A DNA stretch of 64,000 nucleotides from an uncultured Alphaproteobacteria bacterium (GCA_963717875.1 CAVQXI010000006.1:85892-149891); one strand, 5' to 3'; positions 52,784 through 63,240 are shown, numbered from the stretch's first letter. The notes: generated by a model from the letters alone, not told the origin. A program made the numbers and translations.

Positions 52784-54709
52784 ATGCCCTTAGAGAACCC
52801 CGACAGCGCATCCGACTCGCTTCTGGCGCGCGCGCGCAAAGCGCTGACCGGCGCAGAAACAGGCGCAGGCGTCATCGCCCGCTACGCCAAGACGGCGCCG
52901 GCGGGCCCCGGCGTCTACCGCATGTTCGATGCCGAGAGCCAAGTGCTCTACGTGGGCAAAGCGCGCCACCTGAAGAAACGCGTGCAGAGTTATGCGCGGG
53001 GTTCCGGGCATAACAACCGAATTGCGCGCATGATCGCGGACACCGCGAGCATGGAGTTCGTCACCACGGCGACCGAGATGGAGGCGCTGCTTCTCGAGGC
53101 GAACCTCATCAAGCGGCTCAAGCCCCGCTTCAACGTGGTGCTCCGGGACGACAAGTCCTTCCCCTTCATCCTGATCGCCCGCGACCACCCGATCCCGCAG
53201 ATCTTGAAGCACCGCGGCGCGCGCAACCGCACAGGCGATTATTTCGGCCCCTTCGCCTCGGCCGGTGCGGTCGGCCGCACCATCAACACGCTCCAGCGCG
53301 CCTTCCTGCTGCGCTCTTGCTCGGACTCGTACTACGAGACGCGCGTGCGCCCGTGCCTGCTCTACCAGATCAAACGGTGCAGCGCGCCGTGCACCGGCGA
53401 GATCTCGGTGGAGGAGTACGGCGCGCTGGTCGACGAGGCGCTGGCCTTCCTGCGCGGCGAGAGCGACGAGGTGAAGCACAGGCTGCACGCCCTGATGAAC
53501 GAGGCGAGCGCCAAGCAAGACTACGAGCGCGCGGCGAGCTTCCGCGACCGGCTGACGGCGCTCTCGCACATCCAGTCGCGCCAAGGCATCAACCCGCACA
53601 CGGTGAAAGAGGCGGACGTGTTCGCCGCCCATCAGGACGCCGGCCAAACCTGCATCCAGGTGTTCTTCTTCCGGAGCGGCAACAATTGGGGCAACCGCGC
53701 CTACTACCCGCGCGCCGACAAAGCGCTTCCCGCCGAGGAGGTGCTGGAAGCATTCATCGCCCAGTTCTACGACGACAAGCCGCCGCCCAAGCTCATCCTC
53801 TTGTCGCATGAGATCAGCGGACGCCGTCTCCTCTCTGAAGCCTTGTCGTTGAAGGCCGGCCACAAGGTCACCGTGACCACGCCGCAGCGCGGCGAGAAGC
53901 GCGAGCTCGTGGACCATGCGCTCACCAATGCGCGCGAGGCGCTGGCGCGCCGCCTGGCCGAGCATGCTTCGCAAACGGCGATCTTCGCCCGGCTCGCCGA
54001 GGTGCTCGACCTCGATGAGGCGCCCGAGCGCGTCGAGGTCTACGACAACAGCCACATCTCCGGCACCAACCCGGTGGGCGCCATGATCGTGGCCGGCCCC
54101 GAAGGCTTCATCAAAGCGCAGTATCGCAAGTTCAATATGAAGGCCGAGGATCTCGCGCCCGGCGACGACTACGCCATGATGCGCGAGATGCTCAACCGGC
54201 GCTTCAGCCGGCTGGTCAAGGAGCGGGAGAAGGACCCGAGCGACGGCGCCGCCTGGGCGTCGCCGGACCTGGTGCTGATCGACGGCGGTCCGGGGCAATT
54301 ATCGGCGGCCCAGGAGGTCCTGGACGAGCTCGGCCTGACGGATATCAGAATCGCCGCCGTGGCCAAGGGCCCCGACCGCAATGCCGGCCGCGAGCGCATC
54401 TATCTTAAGGGAAAACAGCCTTTGCTTTTGGAACCGCGCGACCCTGTGCTTTACTGCATCCAGACGCTCCGGGACGAGGCGCACCGGTTTGCCATCGGCG
54501 CCCACCGCGCGCGGCGCAAGAAGGGCATCACCGCCTCGCCGCTCGACGAGGTGCCGGGCATCGGGCCGGCGCGCAAGCGCGCGCTGCTCAAGCATTTCGG
54601 CTCGGCCAAGGCGGTGAGCCGCGCCGGCGTCGCCGATCTGGAGGGCGTTGGCGGTATCAGCGCGCACATGGCGAAGACGATCTATGATCACTTCCATGAG
54701 CGCGGCTAG
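52784..54709 (+). CDS. uvrC: Excinuclease ABC subunit C
   Basis: GIY-YIG (GVY..YVGKA), [31 protein letters not shown], HhH motifs. Confidence 0.97.
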   Translation: MPLENPDSASDSLLARARKALTGAETGAGVIARYAKTAPAGPGVYRMFDAESQVLYVGKARHLKKRVQSYARGSGHNNRIARMIADTASMEFVTTATEMEALLLEANLIKRLKPRFNVVLRDDKSFPFILIARDHPIPQILKHRGARNRTGDYFGPFASAGAVGRTINTLQRAFLLRSCSDSYYETRVRPCLLYQIKRCSAPCTGEISVEEYGALVDEALAFLRGESDEVKHRLHALMNEASAKQDYERAASFRDRLTALSHIQSRQGINPHTVKEADVFAAHQDAGQTCIQVFFFRSGNNWGNRAYYPRADKALPAEEVLEAFIAQFYDDKPPPKLILLSHEISGRRLLSEALSLKAGHKVTVTTPQRGEKRELVDHALTNAREALARRLAEHASQTAIFARLAEVLDLDEAPERVEVYDNSHISGTNPVGAMIVAGPEGFIKAQYRKFNMKAEDLAPGDDYAMMREMLNRRFSRLVKEREKDPSDGAAWASPDLVLIDGGPGQLSAAQEVLDELGLTDIRIAAVAKGPDRNAGRERIYLKGKQPLLLEPRDPVLYCIQTLRDEAHRFAIGAHRARRKKGITASPLDEVPGIGPARKRALLKHFGSAKAVSRAGVADLEGVGGISAHMAKTIYDHFHERG

Positions 54710-54732
54710 TTGAATTGGACGGACGATCGCAC

Positions 54733-55344
54733 ATGGCGGAACAAGGATTGGCACAACCGCACGGCGCCCCGAGAGGCCGGTTCGGCAGCCTGCCGAACCT
54801 CCTCACCTATGGGCGCATCCTCGCCATCCCCGCGCTCGTCGCCTGCTTCTTCGTGACGGCCGACTGGGGCCGCTGGCTCGCCATGTGGATCTTCATCGCC
54901 GCCGGCGTCAGCGACTTTCTCGACGGCTATCTCGCCCGCGCCTGGCAGCAGCAAAGCGCCATCGGCAAGATGCTCGACCCCATCGCCGACAAGCTGATCG
55001 TCGCCGCAGCGCTGCTCATGCTCGCCGCCGACGGCACCATCGCCGGCTGGTCGCTATGGGCCGGCGTCATCATCCTGTGCCGCGAGATCCTGGTCTCCGG
55101 CTTGCGCGAGTTTCTCGGCACGCTCGCCGTCAGCGTGCCGGTCACCAATCTCGCCAAATGGAAGACCGTGGTGCAGATGGTCGCCATCGGCTTTCTGCTG
55201 GCGGGCAGCGCCGGCGACAAGATCTGGCCGTACACCACGCTGTTCGGCCTGAGCCTGTTGTGGATCGCCGCGATCCTCACCCTCTACACCGGCTACGACT
55301 ATCTGCGCGCGACGTTCCGCCATGTGATGACCGAGGAGGAGTGA
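54733..55344 (+). CDS. pgsA: CDP-diacylglycerol--glycerol-3-phosphate 3-phosphatidyltransferase
   Basis: LPNLLT.GR, DFLDGYLAR....S..G..LDPIADK. Confidence 0.95.
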   Translation: MAEQGLAQPHGAPRGRFGSLPNLLTYGRILAIPALVACFFVTADWGRWLAMWIFIAAGVSDFLDGYLARAWQQQSAIGKMLDPIADKLIVAAALLMLAADGTIAGWSLWAGVIILCREILVSGLREFLGTLAVSVPVTNLAKWKTVVQMVAIGFLLAGSAGDKIWPYTTLFGLSLLWIAAILTLYTGYDYLRATFRHVMTEEE

Positions 55345-55595
55345 TGCGTCTCCTCTATTTCGCCTGGGTCAAGGAGAAGACCGGCATCGCCGCCGAGGAC
55401 GTGGACGTGCCGGGCGACGTCGGCACCGTGGCCGAGCTGATCGCCTGGCTGAAGACGCGCGGGCCCGAGTTTGCCAACGCCTTCGACCGCGCCGAGGTGA
55501 TCCGCGCGGCCATCGACCAAAGCCACGCGCGTCATGACGCGAAGATCGGCGGCGCGCACGAGATCGCCTTCTTCCCGCCGGTCACCGGAGGCTGA
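55344..55595 (+). CDS. moaD: Molybdopterin synthase sulfur carrier
   Basis: LLYFAWVKE...EIAFFPPVTGG (C-terminal GG). Confidence 0.95.
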   Translation: MRLLYFAWVKEKTGIAAEDVDVPGDVGTVAELIAWLKTRGPEFANAFDRAEVIRAAIDQSHARHDAKIGGAHEIAFFPPVTGG

Positions 55596-55596
55596 G

Positions 55597-56059
55597 TTGA
55601 TCCGCGTCCAGACTGAGGACTTCGACATCGGCGCCGAGATCGCAGCGCTGAAGGCGGACCGCACGGACATCGGCGCCATCGTCAGCTTCACCGGCACCGT
55701 GCGCGATGCTGACGGCGACCATCACCGAGATGACGCTCGAGCATTATCCCGGCATGACGGAGACCGAGCTCGCACGCATCGAGAAAGAGGCGCATGCGCG
55801 CTGGCCGCTGCAAGCCTCGCTCATCGTGCACCGCACCGGCACGTTGAAGCCCGGCGACAACATCGTGCTGGTGATCACCGCATCAGAACATCGCGACGCG
55901 GCGTTCGACGCCGCCAAGTTCTTGATGGACTACCTCAAGACATCCGCGCCGTTCTGGAAACGCGAGACGGGACCCGCGGGAAGCAACTGGGTCGAAGCGA
56001 AAGCGGACGACGATACGGCGCGCAGGCGCTGGTCCGCGCGCAAGGACGCCGCGGAATAG
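55597..56059 (+). CDS. moaE: Molybdopterin synthase catalytic subunit, +1 frameshift near 55719
   Basis: IRVQTEDFD..GAIVSFTG.VR then LEHYPGM, HR.G.L, HR..AF, MDYLK..APFWK.E. Confidence 0.9.
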
Positions 56060-56152
56060 CCACGCGACCCGCCTTTCCAACGACACAAATCACCATGAAC
56101 TTTCGGCTGCCGTCCTCGTTCTAAGGGGGCCTCATAGCCGCGCAGGGTCCCA

Positions 56153-56335
56153 GTGATCAGTCACCGAACGAGATGGAGCTCGCAGATCGCCGTCGGGATC
56201 CTGTCGATATTGGTTGCTGCGGCTTTGGCCATGCTGCTGGGCTTGCTGGCCGTGAACTTTACCGCCGAGCTTACGCGCGCATTCGAGGTTATTGCCGACA
56301 TCGTCGGCTGGATACTCCTGCCGCTGCGTCTCTAA
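56153..56335 (+). CDS. Small membrane protein (60 aa)
   Basis: Hydrophobic helices; GTG start; weak RBS. Confidence 0.45.
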   Translation: MISHRTRWSSQIAVGILSILVAAALAMLLGLLAVNFTAELTRAFEVIADIVGWILLPLRL

Positions 56336-56368
56336 CGTTGTGGATGCTTGTTCGGTCCTGCGGGAGGA

Positions 56369-56692
56369 TCAGCGGATTCGGATGATGCGCGCGCCGGGCG
56401 GCAGAACTTTCACGTAAGGCCCCCACACGCAGATATCTTGCCACTCGCAAGAGCCGTGGCTGCACACCTTCTGGTAGTTGCAGGAGCGGCATTTGTAGAC
56501 CGGCCTGCATCCGTTGCAGAACGAGATCTGCTGGCAGTCCTTGTAGATCTTGACCGGCGTGGCGATGGGCGCCGGGCGGACCGTGTCGCCGAACAGCGAG
56601 AACGCGCCCGCGCTTCCGTCCATGGCCGAGAGCGCGACGAGGCTCAAGGCCGCGAGGCCCGCCAAAGCCAAGCTGATGCGCGCATACCGCAA
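56369..56692 (-). CDS. Secreted 8-Cys hypothetical protein
   Basis: TTG start after GAGGGGG; signal peptide; DCQQISFCNGCRPVYKCRSCNYQKVCSHGSCEWQDICVW. Confidence 0.65.
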   Translation of the reverse strand: MRYARISLALAGLAALSLVALSAMDGSAGAFSLFGDTVRPAPIATPVKIYKDCQQISFCNGCRPVYKCRSCNYQKVCSHGSCEWQDICVWGPYVKVLPPGARIIRIR

Positions 56693-56771
56693 GGTCGCCC
56701 CCTCTTCCGCGATGCCCCCCATCGCGCGGCCCAAGAGTGCCCTTTGGCGGCCTCGGGATCAAGCACGGGGA

Positions 56772-57481
56772 TTAGCGGCGGATCACGACCCCTTCCGGGG
56801 CATGGCGGTGCTCCCAGCCCTCCCGCTCCAGCACCGGCGTGTCGTCCTCCTGGACGGGGTAGCCGATGCAGAGATGGCCGATGAACACCCAAGTCTCCGG
56901 CACCTCCAGGATCTCGGCCATGCGGGCCGGATCGAGGATCGACACCCAGCCGAGCCCGAGCCCTTCGGCCCGCGCGGCGAGCCACAGCGTATGGACGGCG
57001 GTGACCACCGAATAGTCGAGCGTCTCCGGCATGGTCAGCCGGCCGAGCCCCGCGCCTTGCGCCGTGCCCCGGTCGGAGAACACGGCGATCTGCACCGGCG
57101 CGTCGTCGAGCCCGGCGAGCTTGAGCCGCGCATAGAGCGCGGCGCGGTCCGGGTCCTGCATCTCGAGCGCCTCTTTGTTGCAGGCCTCGAAGCAATCGCG
57201 GATCGCGGCGCGGCGCGCCGAGCGTCCTCGACCAGCACGAAGCGCCACGGCTCGCTCAAACCGACCGACGGCGACAGACAGGCAAGGCCGATCAGCCGCT
57301 CGATCGTTCCTTCGGGTAAAGGCACGCGCTGGAAGCGGCGCACGTCCCGCCGCCACCTGAGAAGATCGTAGAGCCGGGCGCGGAAATCGGCGTCGAAGCG
57401 CGGCGGCGTGTGCGCGGCCGTGCGCTGCTCGCCGGCCCGCTCACGCGACCGCTGCTCGAACTGCTGGCTGAAAGGCTCCAT
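56772..57481 (-). CDS. bluB: 5,6-dimethylbenzimidazole synthase, frameshift near 57218
   Basis: WRRDVRRF, SPSVGLSEPWRF, YARLKLAGL..AP, LGR.TMPE...YS, ARAEGLG.GWVSILDP. Confidence 0.9.
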
Positions 57482-57535
57482 GACCCGCCGACATTAGCAC
57501 GGATCGAAGCGCCCGCCCGATCCAGACCAACTTAA

Positions 57536-59083
57536 CGGGTACTCCACATCACGGCTAGCGATAACGGCGCGGGAATGGATCGCGAAGAACTGCAAGCCTT
57601 TTTCGATCTCGGAAACTCCACAAAAAGAAACAACCCAAACACGATCGGCGAAAAGGGACATGGCACCAAGGTTTTTTTCAACTGTCAGTCCATCGAGGTC
57701 GAAACAATCAAAGGCGGCACCCGACTGTTGGCTCGGATGACACAGCCCTTCGCGAGGTTACACGAGGGTGAATTACAGACCGCTGATGTTACAGAAAGTG
57801 ATGCGGACGACGCGCCCACCGGAACGCGAATAGTGATCAAGGGCTTCAATAACAATAACGGGGACAAATTCACTCACCAGCGAATGAAGGACTATGTCCG
57901 ATGGTTCAGCAAGTTTGGCTCTATAGAGCGCGAGTTTGGTCACGAAAGGCACGCGGACTGTATTCTGAAGCTTAAGGGGCTTGATGCTGCGGAGTCCGAG
58001 ACAATCCCATTCGGTCACGACTTTCCTGAAAACAGCCCTCGGATCGAAAAGCTGTTCGACGAGCATCTTGTCTCGGCGCCGGACTATTACAGCAAGAAGA
58101 TCAAACGAAGCGGTCGATTGAAGCGCTATCCCGACGTCGCGTTCGACGCCATCTTTTGCATTGAGGGGAACAAGGTCAAACAGTCTTACAATGAAATGTT
58201 ACGCCGGACGGGCTACACACCACCACCTGGCGGCTACACAGTGCAAGAGCGCTATGGATTGTGGGTGTGCAAAGACTTCATTCCCATAGAGCGGAAGAAC
58301 GAATGGGGCTCGACCAAAGGCTCAGAGTTCACGCGCTTGCATGCGTTTATCAACTGCCAGGATTTCTCGCTGACAGCTAACAGGGGCTCTGTGGCGAACA
58401 CACAGCAGGAAATTCTTGAGGACGTGCAGGAGGCCGTGCGAACAATTTACGACGATATAGTTACAGGAGACGACTGGAGAGAGATCGAGTGGCTTGCCAG
58501 CGAAGTCGACTCATACAGGACGCTCGACAAGGAGGGTAAGGACTTCCGATGGCGGCAGGACCGCGCTAATTCTGCTAATATTGCCGAGTTTGATGGAGTG
58601 ACGCTAGTTGCGCCTACTCGCGAGAGTGGCGTTTATGCGCTACTCGTCCAATTGTCTGTTCTCCGCCCTGACTTGTTCCCCTTCGAGCTTGTGGACTACG
58701 ACACACACTCTGGCATCGACGTCATTGTGAAGCATCGCGATGATGTGCCGGTGATCGGTTCTGCGCTCTACTATGTGGAACTCAAGTCAGTCCTAAAAAA
58801 TGAGATGAATCATTCCTTCGCAAATATCTTCAGTATCGTGTGCTGGGATACCACGGTTAAGAACGGTGAGAAGGTGACGGATCTCGCTGGCGAGGAACGT
58901 ACGATGCAAGTTGTTGCTCCAGACAAGGATGAGTCCTACACGGGCTATTTTCTTACACGGGATCGAAAGCAATCGATCGAGGTCTTCGTCCTAAAGGACT
59001 ATCTAAAGGACAAGCTCGGACTCGAATTTCGTCCTCGCACGCAGGACAACGTGGTGCAGGCATTTGTTCGTTCGGCTAAGTAG
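57536..59083 (+). CDS. 5'-truncated GHKL/MORC-like ATPase fused to a C-terminal PD-(D/E)XK-like nuclease; AT-richer than its neighbours
   Basis: In frame upstream of ATG 57575 is ITASDNGAG (G1 box), preceded by TAA at 57533-35; IGEKGHGTK, TGTRI; C-terminal E..GID..VELK..NHSF..IVCWD. Confidence 0.7.
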   Translation, partial: RVLHITASDNGAGMDREELQAFFDLGNSTKRNNPNTIGEKGHGTKVFFNCQSIEVETIKGGTRLLARMTQPFARLHEGELQTADVTESDADDAPTGTRIVIKGFNNNNGDKFTHQRMKDYVRWFSKFGSIEREFGHERHADCILKLKGLDAAESETIPFGHDFPENSPRIEKLFDEHLVSAPDYYSKKIKRSGRLKRYPDVAFDAIFCIEGNKVKQSYNEMLRRTGYTPPPGGYTVQERYGLWVCKDFIPIERKNEWGSTKGSEFTRLHAFINCQDFSLTANRGSVANTQQEILEDVQEAVRTIYDDIVTGDDWREIEWLASEVDSYRTLDKEGKDFRWRQDRANSANIAEFDGVTLVAPTRESGVYALLVQLSVLRPDLFPFELVDYDTHSGIDVIVKHRDDVPVIGSALYYVELKSVLKNEMNHSFANIFSIVCWDTTVKNGEKVTDLAGEERTMQVVAPDKDESYTGYFLTRDRKQSIEVFVLKDYLKDKLGLEFRPRTQDNVVQAFVRSAK

Positions 59084-59123
59084 AAATTCAAGCGACAGTC
59101 CTGTCGTATAAACAAGCGCTGCC

Positions 59124-60014
59124 CTACCCCGCCGCGGCGACGGCCTTCGCGGGACGCACCAGCGCCGCGTAGTCGTCCATCAGCGTGCGCGTGATCTCGC
59201 CCGGCGTGAATGTGTACTCGCCGATCGAGCCGACCGGCATCACTTCGGCGGCGGTGCCGGTGATGAAGCACTCGGTGAAGCCCTCGAGCTCCTCCGGCAT
59301 GATCGCCTTCTCGACGACCTGAAGCCCGCGCTGCTTGGCGAGGCCGATCACCGTGCGCCGCGTGATGCCGTCGAGGAAGCAGTCCGGCGTCGGCGTGTAG
59401 ATCACCCCGTCCTTGACGAAGAAGATGTTGGCGCCGGTGCACTCGGCGACCTGGCCGCGCCAGTCGAGCATCACCGCGTCGGCATAGCCCTCGCGCTCGG
59501 CGCGGTGCTTCTCGATGGTGCAGATCATGTAGAGCCCGGCCGCCTTGCTGTGGACCGGCGCGGTCGCAGGATCGGGCCGGCGGTATTTGGCGAAGGCGAG
59601 CTTCAGACCCTTTTCGCGCGCGGCCGGATCGAAATACGAGCCCCAATCCCACGCGGCGATGGCGACGTTGATGCGGGTCTTCTGGGCGGAGACGCCCATC
59701 TGCTCGCTGCCGCGCCAGGCGAGCGGGCGGACATAGGCGTTGGACAGCTTGTTGGCGCGCACCACCTCGCGCGCCGCCTTGTCGAGCTCGGCGACCGAAT
59801 AGGGCACCTCGAAGTCGAGGATCTCGGCGGATTTCAGCAGGCGCTGATTGTGCTCGGTCAGCTTGAAGATCTCGCCGTCATAGGCGCGCATGCCCTCGAA
59901 CACGGCGCTGCCGTAATGCAGTGCATGGGTGAGGAGATGGACGCGCGCATCCGACCATGGGATCAGCTCGCCATTGAACCAGATAAACCCGTCGCGCTGA
60001 TCGTAGGTCGACAT
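59124..60014 (-). CDS. ilvE: Branched-chain amino acid aminotransferase
   Basis: THALHYGSAVFEG.RAY, YVRP, K..GLY, E.TGANIF, LDGITR, FITGTAAEV. Confidence 0.95.
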   Translation of the reverse strand: MSTYDQRDGFIWFNGELIPWSDARVHLLTHALHYGSAVFEGMRAYDGEIFKLTEHNQRLLKSAEILDFEVPYSVAELDKAAREVVRANKLSNAYVRPLAWRGSEQMGVSAQKTRINVAIAAWDWGSYFDPAAREKGLKLAFAKYRRPDPATAPVHSKAAGLYMICTIEKHRAEREGYADAVMLDWRGQVAECTGANIFFVKDGVIYTPTPDCFLDGITRRTVIGLAKQRGLQVVEKAIMPEELEGFTECFITGTAAEVMPVGSIGEYTFTPGEITRTLMDDYAALVRPAKAVAAAG

Positions 60015-60145
60015 GAGCTCTCCTCCACGAGCAGGAGCGGCCGTTCTTGACGTCGCGGCCCCGTCCCAGAAACAACAGAACTGCCCCTCATACCACTCTC
60101 GACGGCAATTGCGCGAGCAGGCGGCGAGGCGTATCAAGGTCCCAA

Positions 60146-60204
60146 TTAAGTCAACATGGCTGACATAAACCAAGCCGGAAAATATGTCAACATGACTGAC
60201 CTAA
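60146..60204. promoter_or_regulatory. Twin palindromic operator sites, probably for the MarR-family regulator
   Basis: GTCAACATGRCTGAC at 60150-64 and 60186-200 (GTCA-N7-TGAC), 36 nt apart; the second overlaps the ATG. Confidence 0.6.
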
Positions 60205-60779
60205 ATGCACCTTTGGCCCGCGGTGGCAAACCCGAAGGAGCCAAGCACGGCGACGGCACCCCGGCCGGCAGCGGCGCCCCCTTGCCCGAAGCCAAGCTCC
60301 ATGAGTTCGCCGAGCTCCTGTTCTTCGCCTATCGGGACTTCACCAAGGATCCCGACGCCATTCTCAAGGATTTCGGCTTCGGCCGGGCCCATCACCGGGT
60401 GCTCCATTTCGTCAATCGGCACTCGGGGTTGCGGGTCGCCGACCTCCTGGAGATCCTCAACATCACCAAGCAGAGCCTCTCCCGCGTGCTCAAGCAGTTG
60501 ATCGACCAGGGCTATATCGAGCAGCAGGCGGGCGCCTCGGACCGGCGCGAACGCCTCCTGTTCCCCACCGAGCGCGGCCGGGCGCTGGCCGAGCGGCTCG
60601 CCGCGCCCCAACACGTCCGCCTCATGAACGCCCTTCAGGCCGCCGGCCCCGGCGCCGAAAAGGTGCTCCGCCGTTTTCTCGAAGCCATGATCAATGCCGA
60701 AGATCGGCCTAAAGTCTCCTCCATAATGTCCTCTTCGCCGGCCCACCCGGACGACGGGGACAAGGGGGGAGAGTCCTGA
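60192..60779 (+). CDS. MarR-family regulator (PetP-like)
   Basis: ELLFFAYRDFT..PD..L...GFGRAHHRVLHFV, ITKQSL.RVL, DRRER.L. Confidence 0.9.
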   Translation: MTDLNAPLARGGKPEGAKHGDGTPAGSGAPLPEAKLHEFAELLFFAYRDFTKDPDAILKDFGFGRAHHRVLHFVNRHSGLRVADLLEILNITKQSLSRVLKQLIDQGYIEQQAGASDRRERLLFPTERGRALAERLAAPQHVRLMNALQAAGPGAEKVLRRFLEAMINAEDRPKVSSIMSSSPAHPDDGDKGGES

Positions 60780-60781
60780 CC

Positions 60782-61495
60782 ATGCCGACGCGGATCAAAG
60801 CCCATCATGGCGACGGCCCCGACGACAACGCGCCGCACATCCTCGTGGTGGACGACGACAGCCGTATTCGCGACCTGCTCGCCCGCTATCTCAACGAGCA
60901 CGGCTTCCGCGTGACCACCGCGGACGATGCCGCGTCCGCCCGCGCCACGATGCGCAGCCTCGCCTTCGATCTGCTCATTCTCGATGTGATGATGCCCGTC
61001 GAATCCGGCATCGACTTCGCCAAGACGCTACGCCAGGAGAGCCAAGTGCCGATCCTCATGCTGACCGCCCGCGCCGAGCCCGAGCAGCGCATCGAGGGTC
61101 TGGAGACCGGCGTCGACGATTATCTCGCCAAGCCCTTCGATCCGCGCGAGCTCCTGCTCAGGGTCGGCAACATCTTGCGCCGCGGCGCGTCGAAACCCGC
61201 CACCGGCGAAGTGCGCATGGGCAATTTCATATTCCACGTCTCCCGTGGCGAGCTGCAGCGCGACGGCGAGACCATCCGGCTGACCGAGCGCGAGCGCGAG
61301 CTGTTGCGCTATTTCGCCCAGCGTCCCGGCACGCCGGTGTCCCGTCACGAGCTCGCCAAGGGCGCCGATAGCGGCGGCGAGCGGGCGGTTGACGTGCAGA
61401 TCAACCGTCTGCGGCGCAAGATTGAGCATGACCCGACCAACCCGGTCTATCTTCAGACCGTGCGCGGCAAGGGCTACATACTGTATTCTGAATGA
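60782..61495 (+). CDS. OmpR-family response regulator (PetR-like)
   Basis: HILVVDDD, DVMMP, LTA, DDYLAKPF, RAVDVQINRLRRKIE, TVRG.GY. Confidence 0.95.
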   Translation: MPTRIKAHHGDGPDDNAPHILVVDDDSRIRDLLARYLNEHGFRVTTADDAASARATMRSLAFDLLILDVMMPVESGIDFAKTLRQESQVPILMLTARAEPEQRIEGLETGVDDYLAKPFDPRELLLRVGNILRRGASKPATGEVRMGNFIFHVSRGELQRDGETIRLTERERELLRYFAQRPGTPVSRHELAKGADSGGERAVDVQINRLRRKIEHDPTNPVYLQTVRGKGYILYSE

Positions 61496-62871
61496 TGACC
61501 GCCGTCGCCGACACCACCACCCCTCGCCGCTGGCAACGCCCGCGGCCGTTCGCGCGCTTCTTCGGCGTGCTCGGCAACAAGATGCCGAAAGGCCTCTATG
61601 CGCGCGCGCTCATCATCATCATCGCCCCCATGGTGCTGCTGCAGTCGGTGGTGACGTTCGTGTTCTTGGAGCGCCATTGGCAGACGGTGACCCATCGCCT
61701 GTCGACGGTCACCGTGCAGAACATCGCCATGCTCATCGATCTCTACGAGCAGAACCCGAAAAACGCCGCCACCATCGTCGCTCTCGCCCAGGACGACCTC
61801 GGTTTTCGTGTCCACTTCGCGCCGGGCGAAGAACTGCCGCAGGCGCGCTCCAAGCCGTTCTTCGATCTGCTCGACTCCACCCTTTCCGACGAGTTGCAAC
61901 ATCGGATCGGACGCCCATTTTGGCTCGACACGGTCGGCCGCTCCGACTTGGTCGACATTCGCGTCAAGCTCGACGACTCGGTGATGCACGTGCTCGCGCG
62001 GCGAAGCCAAACCTATGCGTCCAACTCGCACATCTTCCTCGTGTGGATGCTCGGCACCTCGCTCGTGCTTCTCACCGTTGCGATTCTGTTTCTGCGCAAT
62101 CAGATCAAGCCGATCTTGCGACTTGCCGACGCTGCCGAAAGTTTCGGTAAGGGCCGTCCGCCGCCCGTCGACTTTAAGCCGCGCGGCGCGCGCGAGGTGC
62201 GCCGTGCGGCGCACGCTTTCATCGAGATGCGCGATCGCATCGAACGTCATGTCGAGCAGCGCACTGTCATGCTTGCCGGCGTGAGCCACGACCTCAGGAC
62301 CATCCTCACCCGCTTCAAGCTGCAACTCGCCATGTTCGAGGAGACGCCGGAGCTCGACGCTATGCGCGCCGACGTCGACGAGATGCAGGCCATGCTCGAA
62401 GACTACATGGCGTTTGCCAAAGGCGATTCCGGCGAGGCCATCGGCCGTGCCGATATCGGTGAGATCCTGGGCGAGGTGAAAGCCCAGGCCCATGGCGGCA
62501 AGGCCATCGATATCAAGGTCAAGGGCGGGCCGCTCGTCGTGCCGGTACGCCGTCACGCCTTCAAGCGCGCCGTCGCCAACCTCATCAACAACGCAGCGCG
62601 TTTTGCCGACCATGTGAGCGTCAGCGCCGCCAAGCAAAACGGCTCGCTCACCATCGAGGTCGAGGACAACGGCCCCGGCATCCCTGAGGCCGAGCGCGAG
62701 CACGTATTTCGGCCGTTCTACCGGGTCGACCATGCGCGCAATCAGGATTCCGGCTCGACCGGGCTGGGCTTGGCAATCGCCCGGGACATCGCCCGCATTC
62801 ACGGCGGCGACATCGCGCTCGATCAATCTCGTCTCGGCGGCTTGAAAGCTGTGCTAAAAGTGCCGGTCTGA
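61492..62871 (+). CDS. EnvZ-like sensor histidine kinase
   Basis: 2 TM, HAMP, SHDLRT, NL..NA, DNGPGI, GLGLAI. Confidence 0.95.
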   Translation: MMTAVADTTTPRRWQRPRPFARFFGVLGNKMPKGLYARALIIIIAPMVLLQSVVTFVFLERHWQTVTHRLSTVTVQNIAMLIDLYEQNPKNAATIVALAQDDLGFRVHFAPGEELPQARSKPFFDLLDSTLSDELQHRIGRPFWLDTVGRSDLVDIRVKLDDSVMHVLARRSQTYASNSHIFLVWMLGTSLVLLTVAILFLRNQIKPILRLADAAESFGKGRPPPVDFKPRGAREVRRAAHAFIEMRDRIERHVEQRTVMLAGVSHDLRTILTRFKLQLAMFEETPELDAMRADVDEMQAMLEDYMAFAKGDSGEAIGRADIGEILGEVKAQAHGGKAIDIKVKGGPLVVPVRRHAFKRAVANLINNAARFADHVSVSAAKQNGSLTIEVEDNGPGIPEAEREHVFRPFYRVDHARNQDSGSTGLGLAIARDIARIHGGDIALDQSRLGGLKAVLKVPV

Positions 62872-62892
62872 ATCCTTTGGGAGGGAGCTTCC

Positions 62893-63240
62893 ATGCACAA
62901 GATGGCTGTCGGACTGGCAGCGTTGTTGGCCGTCGCCTTTTTCGGACCGGCCATGGCTGAATCCATGACGGAGGAGGTTCAAGACGACGAGCAGCCGGGC
63001 TCGGAGATCGAGATGGATATCGGCGGCGGCGGCGGCGTAGAGGTCCAGCGCGAGGACGGGAAGCCCCTCTTCGGCGGCGGCGCGAACGGGATGGAGGAAG
63101 AAGCAGATGACGACGTTGGGCTAGACCCGACGGACGACCCGGACAATCCGACCGACATCGACCCGATCGACGAGGAACTCCCGGGCGAAGGCCCTGAGGA
63201 CCTCTCAGGTCCTGACGACATGGACGACCTTCCCGAATAA
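62893..63240 (+). CDS. Secreted, highly acidic low-complexity protein
   Basis: Signal peptide (AMA); D/E/P/G-rich mature region; GGGAG RBS. Confidence 0.7.
   Translation: MHKMAVGLAALLAVAFFGPAMAESMTEEVQDDEQPGSEIEMDIGGGGGVEVQREDGKPLFGGGANGMEEEADDDVGLDPTDDPDNPTDIDPIDEELPGEGPEDLSGPDDMDDLPE

Noticed and set aside
55700-55730. Programmed ribosomal frameshifting in moaE, bluB or asparaginase
   Set aside because: No slippery heptamers or shared context at these sites; sequencing insertions explain them more simply.
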